From Acidobacteriota bacterium (GTDB lineage Bacteria; Acidobacteriota; UBA6911): a DNA stretch of 64,000 nt. The position numbers and the translations under genes are program-made. Each line of letters starts with the position of its first letter. The first letter of the stretch is position 1. Positions 1 to 12,859 of the stretch are shown one piece after another. The notes below the pieces were generated by a model. The model was not told the origin of the DNA and did no database searches. It saw nothing but the letters and a program-made list of their open reading frames with translations. Where the stretch lies: positions 992,001-1,056,000 of the forward strand of contig OY761556.1 in the NCBI GenBank assembly GCA_963664705.1. Reading direction: 5' to 3'.

Positions 1-377
1 GGGAGGTTCAGTGTTGGAACCGCTGCCCTGCTTCTCCGGCACGATGGATGGATTCCCGGGTGCCGATTCCGATTCTCCCAACGTGTCCCCACTGTGGAGG
101 GCCGATTCGTCCAGGCGTGGTGTGGTTTGGCGAGGGCATCGATCCGGAGGTTCTCGAGAAATCTTCCGTAGCCCTTTTCTGCGACGTCTTCATGACGATC
201 GGTACCTCGGCGCAGGTATATCCTGCTGCCGCGCTTGCCGGCAGGGCGCGATCGAATGGGGCCTTTACCGTTGAAATAAACCTGGAGGCAACTTCCGCTT
301 CCGATAGTGTATCGGTAGCAGTCCAGGGTCCCGCGGAAATCATTCTGCAGGAAATAGAAGGTTTGATTCATGCGTGA
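1..377 (+). CDS. cobB: NAD-dependent protein deacylase (Sir2/CobB family), 5' truncated by the window edge
   Basis: CPHCGG-IRPGVVWFGE, IGTSAQVYPAA and VEINLE motifs; frame open from position 3. Confidence 0.9.
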   Translation, partial: EVQCWNRCPASPARWMDSRVPIPILPTCPHCGGPIRPGVVWFGEGIDPEVLEKSSVALFCDVFMTIGTSAQVYPAAALAGRARSNGAFTVEINLEATSASDSVSVAVQGPAEIILQEIEGLIHA

Positions 378-572
378 GGACTGACTTTCAAATCACCCAG
401 TCAATAAACACACCAGCGCTCCCGAAAGCTTTGCGGGCTGGCCGAATCAGGACCTCTTGCCGGCAAGAGCGTTTGCCAAGCCTCCATGCCGGACTCCGGA
501 TGCTCCTTCCTGAACATAGCTATTGCTGTCTGCCGCCGGAAACCCAATGGACTGGGTAGTTTAATCTAATCA

Positions 573-600
573 TAAAGTCCCAGGCTCTGGCTATCGATAA
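573..600 (+). promoter_or_regulatory. Weak sigma-28-like promoter candidate upstream of the binding protein/kinase operon
   Basis: TAAA at 573-576, 16 nt spacer, ATCGATAA at 593-600 (consensus TAAA-N15-GCCGATAA); spacing and -10 both imperfect. Confidence 0.25.
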
Positions 601-648
601 GTCTCTTGCCTATGTGTCCGTGGCTCGCGCAGCGGCATAACCAGCCAC

Positions 649-1587
649 ATGGACAATACAGCAAGAGGCCCTATTATGAACAAGAGCATCGCCGGTTTAT
701 CGCTTGTAATTCTTGTCTTCGTTCTGCTTGGCTCCAGCGGGACCAGGACAGTCCAAAGCGCCGATGCGAATCTGCCTTCGTTGCGCATTGGTTTGTCTAC
801 TCTGGTAATGGAACCCGATGTAAACACCGATGACGCTCTTGCGGCTGCCAGGGTATGGGCGGCAAGAATGGGCGGAGCATCCTGGAAGGCGGCGGACAGC
901 GTGGTGCTGCCCGATATTGAACGAGCCGAAGAACTGGTTAGCCGCGGTCAAGTCGATCTTGTCGCTTTGGGAACAAACGAATACATTCCAAACCCAGCCA
1001 AGATATCCGCTAAGCCTTCCATGGCCTACATGATCAACGGGGATGTAAACGTCGAATACGTTCTCCTCGTTCGCAGAGACAGCAAGATTGAAACCGCCAG
1101 GGATCTCGATGGGAAACGCGTTGCTTACAGCAACAGAGGGCGCCACTGCCTGGTGCCGACCTGGCTGGACACCTTTCTGATGAAAAACCGCTCTGCGGGT
1201 AAGGAAATATCGCTGCGCGAACGGAAAGTGGTCAACAAGACAACGCATGCGATCCTTCCTGTCTTTTTCAATCAGATGGATGCTGCGATTGTCGTCCGAT
1301 CTGCTTTTGACACCGCGGCCGTTATGAATCCCCAAATCGGGAAACAGCTGAAAGTTCTCGCTTCCTCTCCTCCTCTGGTTCCAGTGATTGTGCTGATGCG
1401 AGATTCGATGCCTTCCCTCCAGAAAACGACGGTCTTCGAGAGAGCGCTGAAGCTCCATGAATTGCCCGAAGGATTGCAGACCTTCACCATGTTCAAGATC
1501 GACAGGATCGTTGCCTGGCAAAAAGGCTATGAAAGCAATATTCGACAGCTGCTGGATGAATACGAAAAACTAAAAAGGGTCATGTAG
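649..1587 (+). CDS. PhnD/phosphonate-binding-like periplasmic substrate-binding protein, paralog 1 (start may be 676)
   Basis: Hydrophobic signal segment; YVLLVRRDSKIETARDLDGKRVAY and AILPVFFNQMDAAIV resemble the PhnD-type PBP fold; similar to four nearby paralogs. Confidence 0.75.
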   Translation: MDNTARGPIMNKSIAGLSLVILVFVLLGSSGTRTVQSADANLPSLRIGLSTLVMEPDVNTDDALAAARVWAARMGGASWKAADSVVLPDIERAEELVSRGQVDLVALGTNEYIPNPAKISAKPSMAYMINGDVNVEYVLLVRRDSKIETARDLDGKRVAYSNRGRHCLVPTWLDTFLMKNRSAGKEISLRERKVVNKTTHAILPVFFNQMDAAIVVRSAFDTAAVMNPQIGKQLKVLASSPPLVPVIVLMRDSMPSLQKTTVFERALKLHELPEGLQTFTMFKIDRIVAWQKGYESNIRQLLDEYEKLKRVM

Positions 1588-1618
1588 TGGAACCAGGCAA
1601 GATACCAGGAGTTGCGCA

Positions 1619-4120
<2,502 letters not shown>

Positions 4121-4130
4121 GAGCAACCTA

Positions 4131-5633
4131 ATGGCCAGATGGATATTCTTGTTGGTTTTTGCTTTGGTATCATCCGCAGGCGCTCAGGATGGAAAGCCGG
4201 CAGCAGCGTCTCCGCAATCCAATGTTGTAAAGCTTGATCTGCCGAAAGCGGTCGAGCTGGCGCTTCAAAATAATTACCGGAGCAAGGTCTCCAAATATGA
4301 TGTCGAGGCCGCCCTGGCCTTGCATGGGCAGGCTCTTTCAGCCTGGTGGCCGCGCGTTTCGGCCGGCATTACCGGATCCCGCATCGATGATGATCTCAAT
4401 TTTATCTTTCCGGCGAACAATTTTTCGATGCCTGCCACCACGTTCACGGTTCCTTCCTCAACCTTCGTTTTGCCGGCCAATTCGTTCGGGCCGGGGTTTC
4501 CTCCTGTGAATGTGCCGATCCAGACGCCCCCGACTACCGTAGACGTTCCGGCGCAGACCTACCAGATACCGCAGCAGGACGTGAAAATAATGAATCGGGA
4601 TAGCCTGATAGCATCCGTGGATGCAACGCTTCCTCTTTATACCGGTGGCCTGCGCGAAGCGCGTATCCGGCAAGCCAAAGCCGGTGTCGAGGCGGCGCGT
4701 CAGGAAAGCAGACGAACCGATCTCGAAGTCCGGTATGACGTCAAAAGACTATATTACGCAGGAGTGTTGTCGAAGCGTCTTGCCCAGATCAGCCGGGATA
4801 CGCTTGCCCGGATGGAGGCAACGCTTGAACTTACCGAGAAGCTCTATACAACCGGCTCCGGGACGGTAAAAAAGACCGATTACCTGCGGAATAAATCTGT
4901 GGTGGAAACGCTTCGATCGATGACCTCCGAACTTGAGAGCAACGAGAAAACCGTTAAAGCAGCCCTGGTTACCGTGATTGGCCTGGATTGGAATACCCAG
5001 GTTGAACTTGCGGATGAAGAAATCCCATTCACCGCCACATCGCGCGACCTGGCTGTCTATGTGGAGCGGGCATTTCATTCGAGCCCGGAACTGGCTCGTG
5101 TGGAAGCCGGCCTGAAGGCTGCACGGGAGAACGTGAAAGCCGCCCAGAGCGGTCATTATCCAAAGGCTGGCTTGTTCGGGAAATTCCAGCGCATTGAGAA
5201 TTCCTATGACGCGGGACTTATGACCGACAGCAACAAAACGGCGTGGGCGGTCGGGATTGGCGTTCAAATCCCAATTTTTGAAGGATTCCGCGTCTCCAAA
5301 GAGGTCGCGGAAGCCAAGGCTCAACTGCACAAACTCGAAAATCAGCAAAAGCTGCTGCATGACGCCATTGCACTCGAGATCAAGAGGCTCTGCTGGAATC
5401 TGGAAAAAACCCAGGACCAGCAGAAGTCAAGCTTTGCAGCCTCAAAATCCGCCGCCGAAAATCGTGAGCTGAATGTTCGCGCCTACCAGGAGGAATTGGT
5501 GGAGACCAAGGAAGTTATTGAAGCGCAAATCCTGGAAGCACTCCTTTCGGCGCAGTATCAAAAAGTACTCTATGACCACGTCGAAGGGCTCGCCAAACTC
5601 AATTTTGTCTCCGGCGCCGAGCAGCCGGAATAG
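4131..5633 (+). CDS. TolC/outer-membrane efflux protein family
   Basis: ATG 4131 after GGAG; signal peptide MARWIFLLVFALVSSAGA; LDLPKAVELALQNN, ATLPLYTGG and VQIPIFEGF mark two OEP repeats. Confidence 0.85.
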   Translation: MARWIFLLVFALVSSAGAQDGKPAAASPQSNVVKLDLPKAVELALQNNYRSKVSKYDVEAALALHGQALSAWWPRVSAGITGSRIDDDLNFIFPANNFSMPATTFTVPSSTFVLPANSFGPGFPPVNVPIQTPPTTVDVPAQTYQIPQQDVKIMNRDSLIASVDATLPLYTGGLREARIRQAKAGVEAARQESRRTDLEVRYDVKRLYYAGVLSKRLAQISRDTLARMEATLELTEKLYTTGSGTVKKTDYLRNKSVVETLRSMTSELESNEKTVKAALVTVIGLDWNTQVELADEEIPFTATSRDLAVYVERAFHSSPELARVEAGLKAARENVKAAQSGHYPKAGLFGKFQRIENSYDAGLMTDSNKTAWAVGIGVQIPIFEGFRVSKEVAEAKAQLHKLENQQKLLHDAIALEIKRLCWNLEKTQDQQKSSFAASKSAAENRELNVRAYQEELVETKEVIEAQILEALLSAQYQKVLYDHVEGLAKLNFVSGAEQPE

Positions 5634-5670
5634 CGGGCATTTTCCTTACTGTCATCGTGCGAGGTCACGC

Positions 5671-6615
5671 GTGAAAAGATTGCGCGATATATCACTCCGG
5701 TTCAGGACGGTGGTCATCGCTGGATTTGCGTTGCTGATTGCCGCTGAATTCCGCGCGCAGGAAAGCAAAGGCCCATCGATCAGTTGCAACATAGGTTTCA
5801 GTTCAACTCATTTTTCCGATTTGAATGTTACCGATGCGTTGGCGGCTACAAAGGTATGGGCGGATGTCATCCGGAAGAAAAGAGGGTATGCCGGATCCTC
5901 GGATGCCAAGGCATTCGAGGATCTGGAGAGTCTGGTTGGGGCCGCCAGGAGAAAAGAACTGGACCTCGCAATCCTGCTGCCATATGAATTTTTGAAAATC
6001 CAGGATACCGCTCCGCTGACTCCATGTTTTATCGCGTCCAATAACGAAAAGGTTGACGACGAGAGTTTGCTTCTCGTTCATCGACGGTCTTCAGCTGCCA
6101 GACTGGAGGACCTGAAGGGGAAGGACATCGTAATTTCGGGAAACAGCATGATGAACCTGGGAAGGGTCTGGCTGGAGACGCAGATTATGGAAAGCGGCTT
6201 CCCCTCCATGGAAGCCTTTTTCGGGAAAGCGGTCGGTGTGGCCAAAGCCTCTCAGGCCGTATTGCCGGTTTTTTTCGGCAAAAACGATGCGTGCCTGGTC
6301 AATCGTCAGGGGTTCAATACCGTCACTGAATTGAATCCGCAATTGGCAAAGGATTTGAAAATCCTGGCGCAGTCACCCGGGTATCCGATATGCGTTATCT
6401 GCATCAGGAAGGATTACGATCCGGCCTATCGGGATGTGTTGCTGGATGCACTGGCCCAATTGCACCTCGAGCCCAGAGGGCAGCAGATCCTGACTCTTTT
6501 CAAGGTAACCAAACTGATTCCATTTGAAAAATCCTACATGCAGTCATCCCAGCAGACCGTTCGGAATTTTCAAAAGGTGCAGGGAAGGACGCGCGGCAGC
6601 GCGGGAGGCATGTAA
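5671..6615 (+). CDS. PhnD-like periplasmic binding protein, paralog 2
   Basis: GTG 5671 after GAGGT; signal-like segment; AVLPVFFGKNDACLV and ELNPQL shared with paralogs. Confidence 0.75.
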   Translation: MKRLRDISLRFRTVVIAGFALLIAAEFRAQESKGPSISCNIGFSSTHFSDLNVTDALAATKVWADVIRKKRGYAGSSDAKAFEDLESLVGAARRKELDLAILLPYEFLKIQDTAPLTPCFIASNNEKVDDESLLLVHRRSSAARLEDLKGKDIVISGNSMMNLGRVWLETQIMESGFPSMEAFFGKAVGVAKASQAVLPVFFGKNDACLVNRQGFNTVTELNPQLAKDLKILAQSPGYPICVICIRKDYDPAYRDVLLDALAQLHLEPRGQQILTLFKVTKLIPFEKSYMQSSQQTVRNFQKVQGRTRGSAGGM

Positions 6616-7593
6616 ATGGCGTCCTTCAATTTTGCATATCGATATCTTCCAGGCCTGCTGATTTGTCTGAGCCTAACGGCTCTTGGCGCATGGGGCAATC
6701 CGGCTAGCGGTGATAATAGAACCTATGATCCATCGGTGGTCCGTTTTGCCATGAGCTCCTCGGTTCTGGAATCTGATGTAAATCCGGACGATGCGCTTGC
6801 CGCAGCCAAAGTCTGGTCTGCGAAGCTGGGCTCAAATGTCGGGGCATGGTCTCAATCGGACGCCAAGATATATTACGACCTCCCAAGTCTTGTCCAAGCC
6901 GTCAAAGCCGGGCAAACCGATGTCATTTCATTGTCGACTCAGGAATATCTTGATTTTGAAGGAGAGCTGAATGTTGAACCCGCGCTGACATATGTTCAGT
7001 CGGGGCAGGCTGAGGTCGAATATGTCGTCATTGTTCGGAAAGACAGCAATACCAAAACTCTGGCCGATCTCCGCGATAAGAGAATCACTCTGATCAAGGG
7101 TGGACGCAACTCCCTGGTTCCACTGTGGCTGGATACCGTCCTTTCCGATAATGGACTGCAGCCCAAGGAGACCTTTTTCAAAGAAATCAAAGAAGTCAGC
7201 AAAACCTCGAAAGCGGTTCTCCCGGTTTTCTTCCGGCAGATCGATGCCGGCATCATAACAAAATCTGCCCTGGAAACAGCCGTTATCCTGAATCCGCAGG
7301 TGGGGCAGCAGATCATAAGCATTGCGGTTTCACCGCGGCTGGCCACGACGGTCACCTGCTTTCGTTCAAACCTCCCGCAAGAACGAAAGAGCCTGTATGT
7401 CAGCCAGGCTCTGAAACTGCACGAGTCAGCGGGCGGATTGCAGACATTCAATGTCTTCAAACTGGATCGGCTGATTCGCTGGGATCCGCACTTTGAGGAT
7501 GCCGTGCGCGATCTGATAAGGAAGCAAAGACTGGCCAAATCTGCACGGCGCGGGCTTCAGCGCTCGCCTTCGACTTTAAAAGAAGAAAGGTAA
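6616..7593 (+). CDS. PhnD-like periplasmic binding protein, paralog 3
   Basis: GGAGG RBS; signal peptide; AVLPVFFRQIDAGI; closest to paralog 1. Confidence 0.75.
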   Translation: MASFNFAYRYLPGLLICLSLTALGAWGNPASGDNRTYDPSVVRFAMSSSVLESDVNPDDALAAAKVWSAKLGSNVGAWSQSDAKIYYDLPSLVQAVKAGQTDVISLSTQEYLDFEGELNVEPALTYVQSGQAEVEYVVIVRKDSNTKTLADLRDKRITLIKGGRNSLVPLWLDTVLSDNGLQPKETFFKEIKEVSKTSKAVLPVFFRQIDAGIITKSALETAVILNPQVGQQIISIAVSPRLATTVTCFRSNLPQERKSLYVSQALKLHESAGGLQTFNVFKLDRLIRWDPHFEDAVRDLIRKQRLAKSARRGLQRSPSTLKEER

Positions 7594-7599
7594 CGTGAC

Positions 7600-10500
7600 G
7601 TGAAAGGACAGGCGGAATATCCAGATCATGCATCAGTAAAGACGCGGCGCATTGGCATTCTGATGCGGGCGATTCTGGCCTCCTCGCTGATCACTGTTCT
7701 TACGATTCTCATATTTGCCCTGTTTATTATCCCGCAGCAAAGAGAATCGCTCCTCAAGAGTCTGAAATCAAAGGCTGAAATCGTATCCACGTCTATCGCG
7801 GATGTTGCGGCGGGCGCGATTGTTGTTGAAGATTTCAGTACGGTGGTTGATCACTGCAGCAAGATCGTTGGAAATGGAGAATCCGTTCCCTATGTTATCG
7901 TAACGCGCAAGGATGGGTTCTCTCTTGTGCATCAGACAAGCGGGTGGACGACCAAAGAGCTGAATGGAGACTGGCGACCAACAGGCCTGCACTCTGCAGC
8001 GGGCAAGATTGTCAAAACGGACTTCTTCCCGGAAGAAGTGTACCAGTATTCCACTCCGTTTGTTTATTCAGGCATAGAATGGGGATGGATCCATGTGGGT
8101 CTTTCTCTCAACCAGTATAGGGCCGACTTGGGGGCTGGAAGACGCAGAATCTACGTATTGAGTTTTGCCTGCATGTTTATTGGTTTTTTGCTTGCCATTC
8201 TGTTCGGACGCCGGATGGCCGATCCCATCCGGCAATTGACCGGCATCACGGAACGAATCGCTAACGGAGATCTGTCCGTGAAGGCGAATATCCGATCGGG
8301 CGATGAAATCGAGAATCTGGGAAATTCATTTAACCGCATGACCGAAAGCCTCGGGCTTGCTCATTCTGAGCTGAAAGCTGCCAGGGATTATACGAGGAAT
8401 GTCATTCAGTCCATGAACGATATGCTCCTGGTTTGTTCGATGGGCAGGGAAATCATAACGGTTAACCGGACCGCCTGCGAGCTTCTCGGATATGCGGATT
8501 CGGAACTCGCGGGCAAATCCATAAGCGAAATTCTGCCTGACTTTGCCTCCGTGCATTTTGAATCCCAGCGAAATGTGGAGACTGTAATCCAGCCCAAAAA
8601 TGGTCAGCCTTTTCCGATCCTGTTGTCCAGCGCATTGATGACCAGCGAGCGCGGGAATGTGGAGGGCATCGTTTACGTAGCGCTCGATATCAGCGAGCGA
8701 AAGAAGACTGAAGAGATAAGGGCCATGCGAGAGGGGCAACTGCGCAGACAGAAAGAAGCCCTGGCACAGCTCGCAAGCATGAAATCCATCCATGACGGGG
8801 AATTTGAGGCGGCCGTAAAAAGCATTACTGAGGTATCCACCCACACATTGTCGGCCAGCCGGGCCAAGCTTTGGCTGATCACCGACGGCACGATCGTGGA
8901 TTGCTTTGATCACTATGAGCGGGATACCAATCGTCACATATCGGGCGGGACTCGTGACCTGTCCATATTCCCAAGTTTCATTGCAGCGCTTCATACGGAG
9001 CGCACCATTTCGATTAGCGATATCACGGAAGATCCAAGAACCAGGGAGATGGCTAAGCTTCACCTGAGCTCACAGGGTATCCAGTCGCTTCTTGATGCGC
9101 CGGTGAGGCTTTCCGGCAAGGTGGTTGGAGCCATCAGTATTGGAAGCCGCGAAAAGAGAGTCTGGACGCTGGAGGAACAGAGTTTTGTCGGGTCGCTGGC
9201 GGATCTGGCCTCTTTGGCTCTCGAATCCAGTAATCGACAAAAGGCTCAGGAGGAACTGAAGGCTGCGAAAGAAATGGCTGAGGCCGCCAATAAAGCGAAA
9301 TCGCTCTTCCTCGCAAATATGAGCCATGAGATTCGCACTCCGCTCAATGCCGTGATCGGGTATAGCGAGTTGCTGCAGGATGATGCCGAGGATCAGGGAC
9401 TGACGCAGTTTATTCCTGATCTGAAGAAAATTCATGGCGCCGGAAAACACCTGTTGTCGCTCATAAACGATATTCTGGATTTGTCCAAGATTGAAGCCGG
9501 CAAAATGCAGCTGGCGCCCGAACGGTTCAGCCTTTGTGACCTGCTCGCCGAGGTGGAATCCACCGCGAGACCGGTGGTTGAAAAGAATAGCAATGCCTTT
9601 GAGATCGAAGCGCGGAACGATCTGGGTACCGCGACAACAGACAGAACCAAGATCAGGCAGATTGTCCTGAACCTGCTAAGCAATGCGGGCAAGTTTACTG
9701 ATCATGGCACGATCAAACTCAGTGTTGTGCGCGAATCGGTCAAAGGGCGTGACTGGCTTCGATTCCGCGTCTCTGATACGGGTATTGGTATGGCTGCTGA
9801 AGATCAGAAGAAACTGTTTCAGGATTTCATGCAAGTTGATCCTTCCACCACCAGGAAGTATGGGGGGACCGGGCTTGGACTCGCGATCAGCAGAAAGTTC
9901 TGCGAGATGATGGGCGGTAGCATCGCCGTGGAAAGCGAATCAGGGCATGGATCGATATTTACAGTTTCCATCCCTTCGGAATTTTCGCAGGCGGATCCCG
10001 CGGTGCCCGAGAGCGTTGTCGAAATTCAGGGCAGCGACAAGAATGGAAGCCCGGCCAAGCGCAAAGTGCTGTTGATAGACGATGACAGCGAAGTCCGGGA
10101 ACTCCTGACCCGCTTCCTTACACGCGATGGATTTTCCGTCATCTCCTGTGCTACCGGGCTGGAAGGAATCCAAATTGCCAAAGAGCGGCGGCCGGATGCA
10201 ATTCTATTGGATGTATTGCTGAAGGATCTGGAAGGATGGGAGGTGCTGAAAAGGCTGAAGTCTGATCCTGAACTCCTTTCGATTCCGGTCGTCATGGTCA
10301 CGATCGTTGATGACACCAAGCGCGGGTATTCCCTTGGGGCATCCGGGTATCTCGTCAAGCCAGTGGATGCGATGCAATTGTCTGCACTTCTGTCTCAGTT
10401 GGGAAATCTTGGTATGCCTGGCCACGTTCTGGTTGTGGATGACGATGCGGATAGCCGGGAGTATATTGACCGGCTGCTGCGTGGCTGGGGCTGGCGGGTG

Positions 10501-10818
10501 ACAACCGCGGAAAATGGCTGCCAAGCATTTGATTCTGTTTTGACCGAGACTCCGGACCTGATTATTCTGGATCTCCTGATGCCTGAGATGGATGGGTTCG
10601 AGTTCCTCAACCGGCTGCGGTCTGAAGAGAAATGGAGAATGATACCGGTTGTAGTGGAGAGCGCCATGGAACTGACTCCGCAGCAGCTCGAGTTCCTGAA
10701 GGAAAATGTTTCCAATGTTGTTTTTAAAGCGGCCGATTCGCAGGGCGAATGGGTTTCCAGCCTGGCAAACTCCATTCGATCGTGCGCGCTTAGAAGTGAG
10801 AATGTTTCCATTCACTAA
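7600..10818 (+). CDS. Hybrid sensor histidine kinase (HAMP, PAS, GAF, HisKA, HATPase, two REC domains)
   Basis: [14 protein letters not shown]; two receiver domains (VLLIDDD...ILLD and VLVVDDD...IILDLLMP); paralog of 1619..4120. Confidence 0.92.
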   Translation: MKGQAEYPDHASVKTRRIGILMRAILASSLITVLTILIFALFIIPQQRESLLKSLKSKAEIVSTSIADVAAGAIVVEDFSTVVDHCSKIVGNGESVPYVIVTRKDGFSLVHQTSGWTTKELNGDWRPTGLHSAAGKIVKTDFFPEEVYQYSTPFVYSGIEWGWIHVGLSLNQYRADLGAGRRRIYVLSFACMFIGFLLAILFGRRMADPIRQLTGITERIANGDLSVKANIRSGDEIENLGNSFNRMTESLGLAHSELKAARDYTRNVIQSMNDMLLVCSMGREIITVNRTACELLGYADSELAGKSISEILPDFASVHFESQRNVETVIQPKNGQPFPILLSSALMTSERGNVEGIVYVALDISERKKTEEIRAMREGQLRRQKEALAQLASMKSIHDGEFEAAVKSITEVSTHTLSASRAKLWLITDGTIVDCFDHYERDTNRHISGGTRDLSIFPSFIAALHTERTISISDITEDPRTREMAKLHLSSQGIQSLLDAPVRLSGKVVGAISIGSREKRVWTLEEQSFVGSLADLASLALESSNRQKAQEELKAAKEMAEAANKAKSLFLANMSHEIRTPLNAVIGYSELLQDDAEDQGLTQFIPDLKKIHGAGKHLLSLINDILDLSKIEAGKMQLAPERFSLCDLLAEVESTARPVVEKNSNAFEIEARNDLGTATTDRTKIRQIVLNLLSNAGKFTDHGTIKLSVVRESVKGRDWLRFRVSDTGIGMAAEDQKKLFQDFMQVDPSTTRKYGGTGLGLAISRKFCEMMGGSIAVESESGHGSIFTVSIPSEFSQADPAVPESVVEIQGSDKNGSPAKRKVLLIDDDSEVRELLTRFLTRDGFSVISCATGLEGIQIAKERRPDAILLDVLLKDLEGWEVLKRLKSDPELLSIPVVMVTIVDDTKRGYSLGASGYLVKPVDAMQLSALLSQLGNLGMPGHVLVVDDDADSREYIDRLLRGWGWRVTTAENGCQAFDSVLTETPDLIILDLLMPEMDGFEFLNRLRSEEKWRMIPVVVESAMELTPQQLEFLKENVSNVVFKAADSQGEWVSSLANSIRSCALRSENVSIH

Positions 10819-10883
10819 CTACTGAATATGGGAGATGCGAGGGAATCGTATCCAGCCCAAACCGGAAAGGTGTCTGAAGTCTG

Positions 10884-11810
10884 ATGCTTATTGAAAGGAG
10901 GATGTTCATCAAGGGAGCGCTGGGCATGGGATCGCTGTTCCTGTCCGCTGCCCATGCACAGCAAAAGAGCATCGTGGCGAGTTTCAACATTGCATTCAGT
11001 TCCGGTTTATTTGCGGATGTGAACCCAACGGATGCGATGGCGGCCGCAAAAGCCTGGTCGAATGCCCTGGGGCGAAAGAGGGGATTTATAATTTCTGAAC
11101 CGATCGTGTTCAGCGATACGGCCGCTGCTATTGAAGCACTCCGAAACCAGCGTGTCGATATCGCGACCCTGCTGACGCGAGAATACCTGGAAATAAGAGA
11201 GAAGGTTGCCTTGACTCCTCAGTTTATCCCCAAAAGGAGAGGGCACACCCAGCAGGATTCTCTTATCCTGGTGAACAATCAGAGCGGTTTTAGCCGGATT
11301 GAGGATCTTGCTCAAAAAGACATTCTTCTGCTTGCCGGGATGGAAGGAAGCCTGGGAAGGACATGGCTCGAAAATACACTGATTGAAAAAGGGCACTCTT
11401 CGATTGAGAGGTTCTTTCGCAAATCGATGTCGGTTCAGAAGGCCAGCCGGGCAGTATTGCCGGTATATTTTCGACAGGCGGATGCCTGCCTGGTGACGCG
11501 GGATGGCTTTGAAACGATGGTGGAACTGAATCCGCAACTCCGAAGCCAACTGAGGGTTCTTGATGCTTCTCCTGCCTTTATGCCTGCCCTTATTTGTACC
11601 AGGGGAGATTACGAATCACCCTACAAGCAGTCCGCGCTCGAAGCCGTCAGGGAATTGCCTGCCGAGCCCGGGGGGCAGCAACTTCTGATGCTTTTCAAAA
11701 TCGACGAACTTGTCCCGTTTGACCATTCATGCCTGGATAGTGCGCGGCAATTACTTACGCTCAATGCAAAGCTCAAAGAGCAAATGCGCCGAAAAGGGGC
11801 CGCCGGATAA
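10884..11810 (+). CDS. PhnD-like binding protein, paralog 4, with twin-arginine signal
   Basis: N-terminal ERRMFIK and AHA cleavage-like site; AVLPVYFRQADACLV. Confidence 0.75.
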   Translation: MLIERRMFIKGALGMGSLFLSAAHAQQKSIVASFNIAFSSGLFADVNPTDAMAAAKAWSNALGRKRGFIISEPIVFSDTAAAIEALRNQRVDIATLLTREYLEIREKVALTPQFIPKRRGHTQQDSLILVNNQSGFSRIEDLAQKDILLLAGMEGSLGRTWLENTLIEKGHSSIERFFRKSMSVQKASRAVLPVYFRQADACLVTRDGFETMVELNPQLRSQLRVLDASPAFMPALICTRGDYESPYKQSALEAVRELPAEPGGQQLLMLFKIDELVPFDHSCLDSARQLLTLNAKLKEQMRRKGAAG

Positions 11811-12739
11811 TGTGGGATCGCGAAAATCGAAGAGCATTCCTTCGTTGCGCTTTGGGGATGCTGCCCTTATCGGTAATGACCGGACTGGCACAGCAGAAAG
11901 GCGGGATTGCGCCCATCCATGTTGCATTCAGCGGAGGTTTGTTTGTCGATGTCAATACAACAGATGCGCTTGCCGCGACAAGGGTCTGGGCAAGGGCTAT
12001 TGCCCAGAAAAAGGGATTTGAGATAGAGGATCCGTATATACTCGAGGACACCTCAACTGCCAGTGAAGCTTTCCGTGATCAACGCATTGATATCGCCGCC
12101 ATCTTGACCAGGGAATATCTGGAAATCCGGGATAAGGTTACGCTCACTCCCTATTTTGCGGCCAAACGAAATGGTCGGGTGCAGCAGGACTGTCTGCTGG
12201 TCGTCCACGCGCAGAGCGGAATCAATCGAATTGAAGACCTGGCGGGGAAAGACATCCTGATATTTGCCAGCATGGAGGGGAGCCTTGGCAGGGTGTGGCT
12301 TGAAAACATCCTTTTGGAAAAAGGGTTTGCTTCCTGCGAAAAATATTTCAGGCATGTTACGCTATTGCAGAAGGTGAGCCGTACGGTATTGCCGGTGTAT
12401 TTTCGCCAGGCCGACGCGTGCCTTGTGACACGATACGGGTATGAAACAATGGCAGAGCTGAACCCGCAGCTGAAAAGCCAATTGAAAGTTGTCGCCGTCT
12501 CTCCGGCCTTTATGTCTGCCGTGATATGCGCGCGAGCCAATTTCGAATCGCCGTATAAACAGATGGTTCTCGATGCTTTGCGCACCCTGCATTTGGACCC
12601 AAAGGGCCAGCAGTTGCTGATGCTGTTCAAGATCGATGAAAGCTATCCCTACGATCCCTCCTATCTGGAAAGTGCCCGGCAGATCATGGCGCAGAATGCA
12701 AAGCTGAAGGAGCAGATGCGCCACAAATCGGGCGTGTGA
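11810..12739 (+). CDS. PhnD-like binding protein, paralog 5, with twin-arginine signal
   Basis: N-terminal NRRAFLR; close tandem duplicate of paralog 4; TAATG stop/start overlap. Confidence 0.75.
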   Translation: MWDRENRRAFLRCALGMLPLSVMTGLAQQKGGIAPIHVAFSGGLFVDVNTTDALAATRVWARAIAQKKGFEIEDPYILEDTSTASEAFRDQRIDIAAILTREYLEIRDKVTLTPYFAAKRNGRVQQDCLLVVHAQSGINRIEDLAGKDILIFASMEGSLGRVWLENILLEKGFASCEKYFRHVTLLQKVSRTVLPVYFRQADACLVTRYGYETMAELNPQLKSQLKVVAVSPAFMSAVICARANFESPYKQMVLDALRTLHLDPKGQQLLMLFKIDESYPYDPSYLESARQIMAQNAKLKEQMRHKSGV

Positions 12740-12859
12740 ATTTCCGATTACTGGAAGAGCACTGGGCGCGCCATCGTCTCACAGGCAAGGGATGTGGCAG
12801 CGTGAATAACGCTGATGCCGCCGGAACGGCGACGGTACCGGTGGACGCTTACGGCAATC

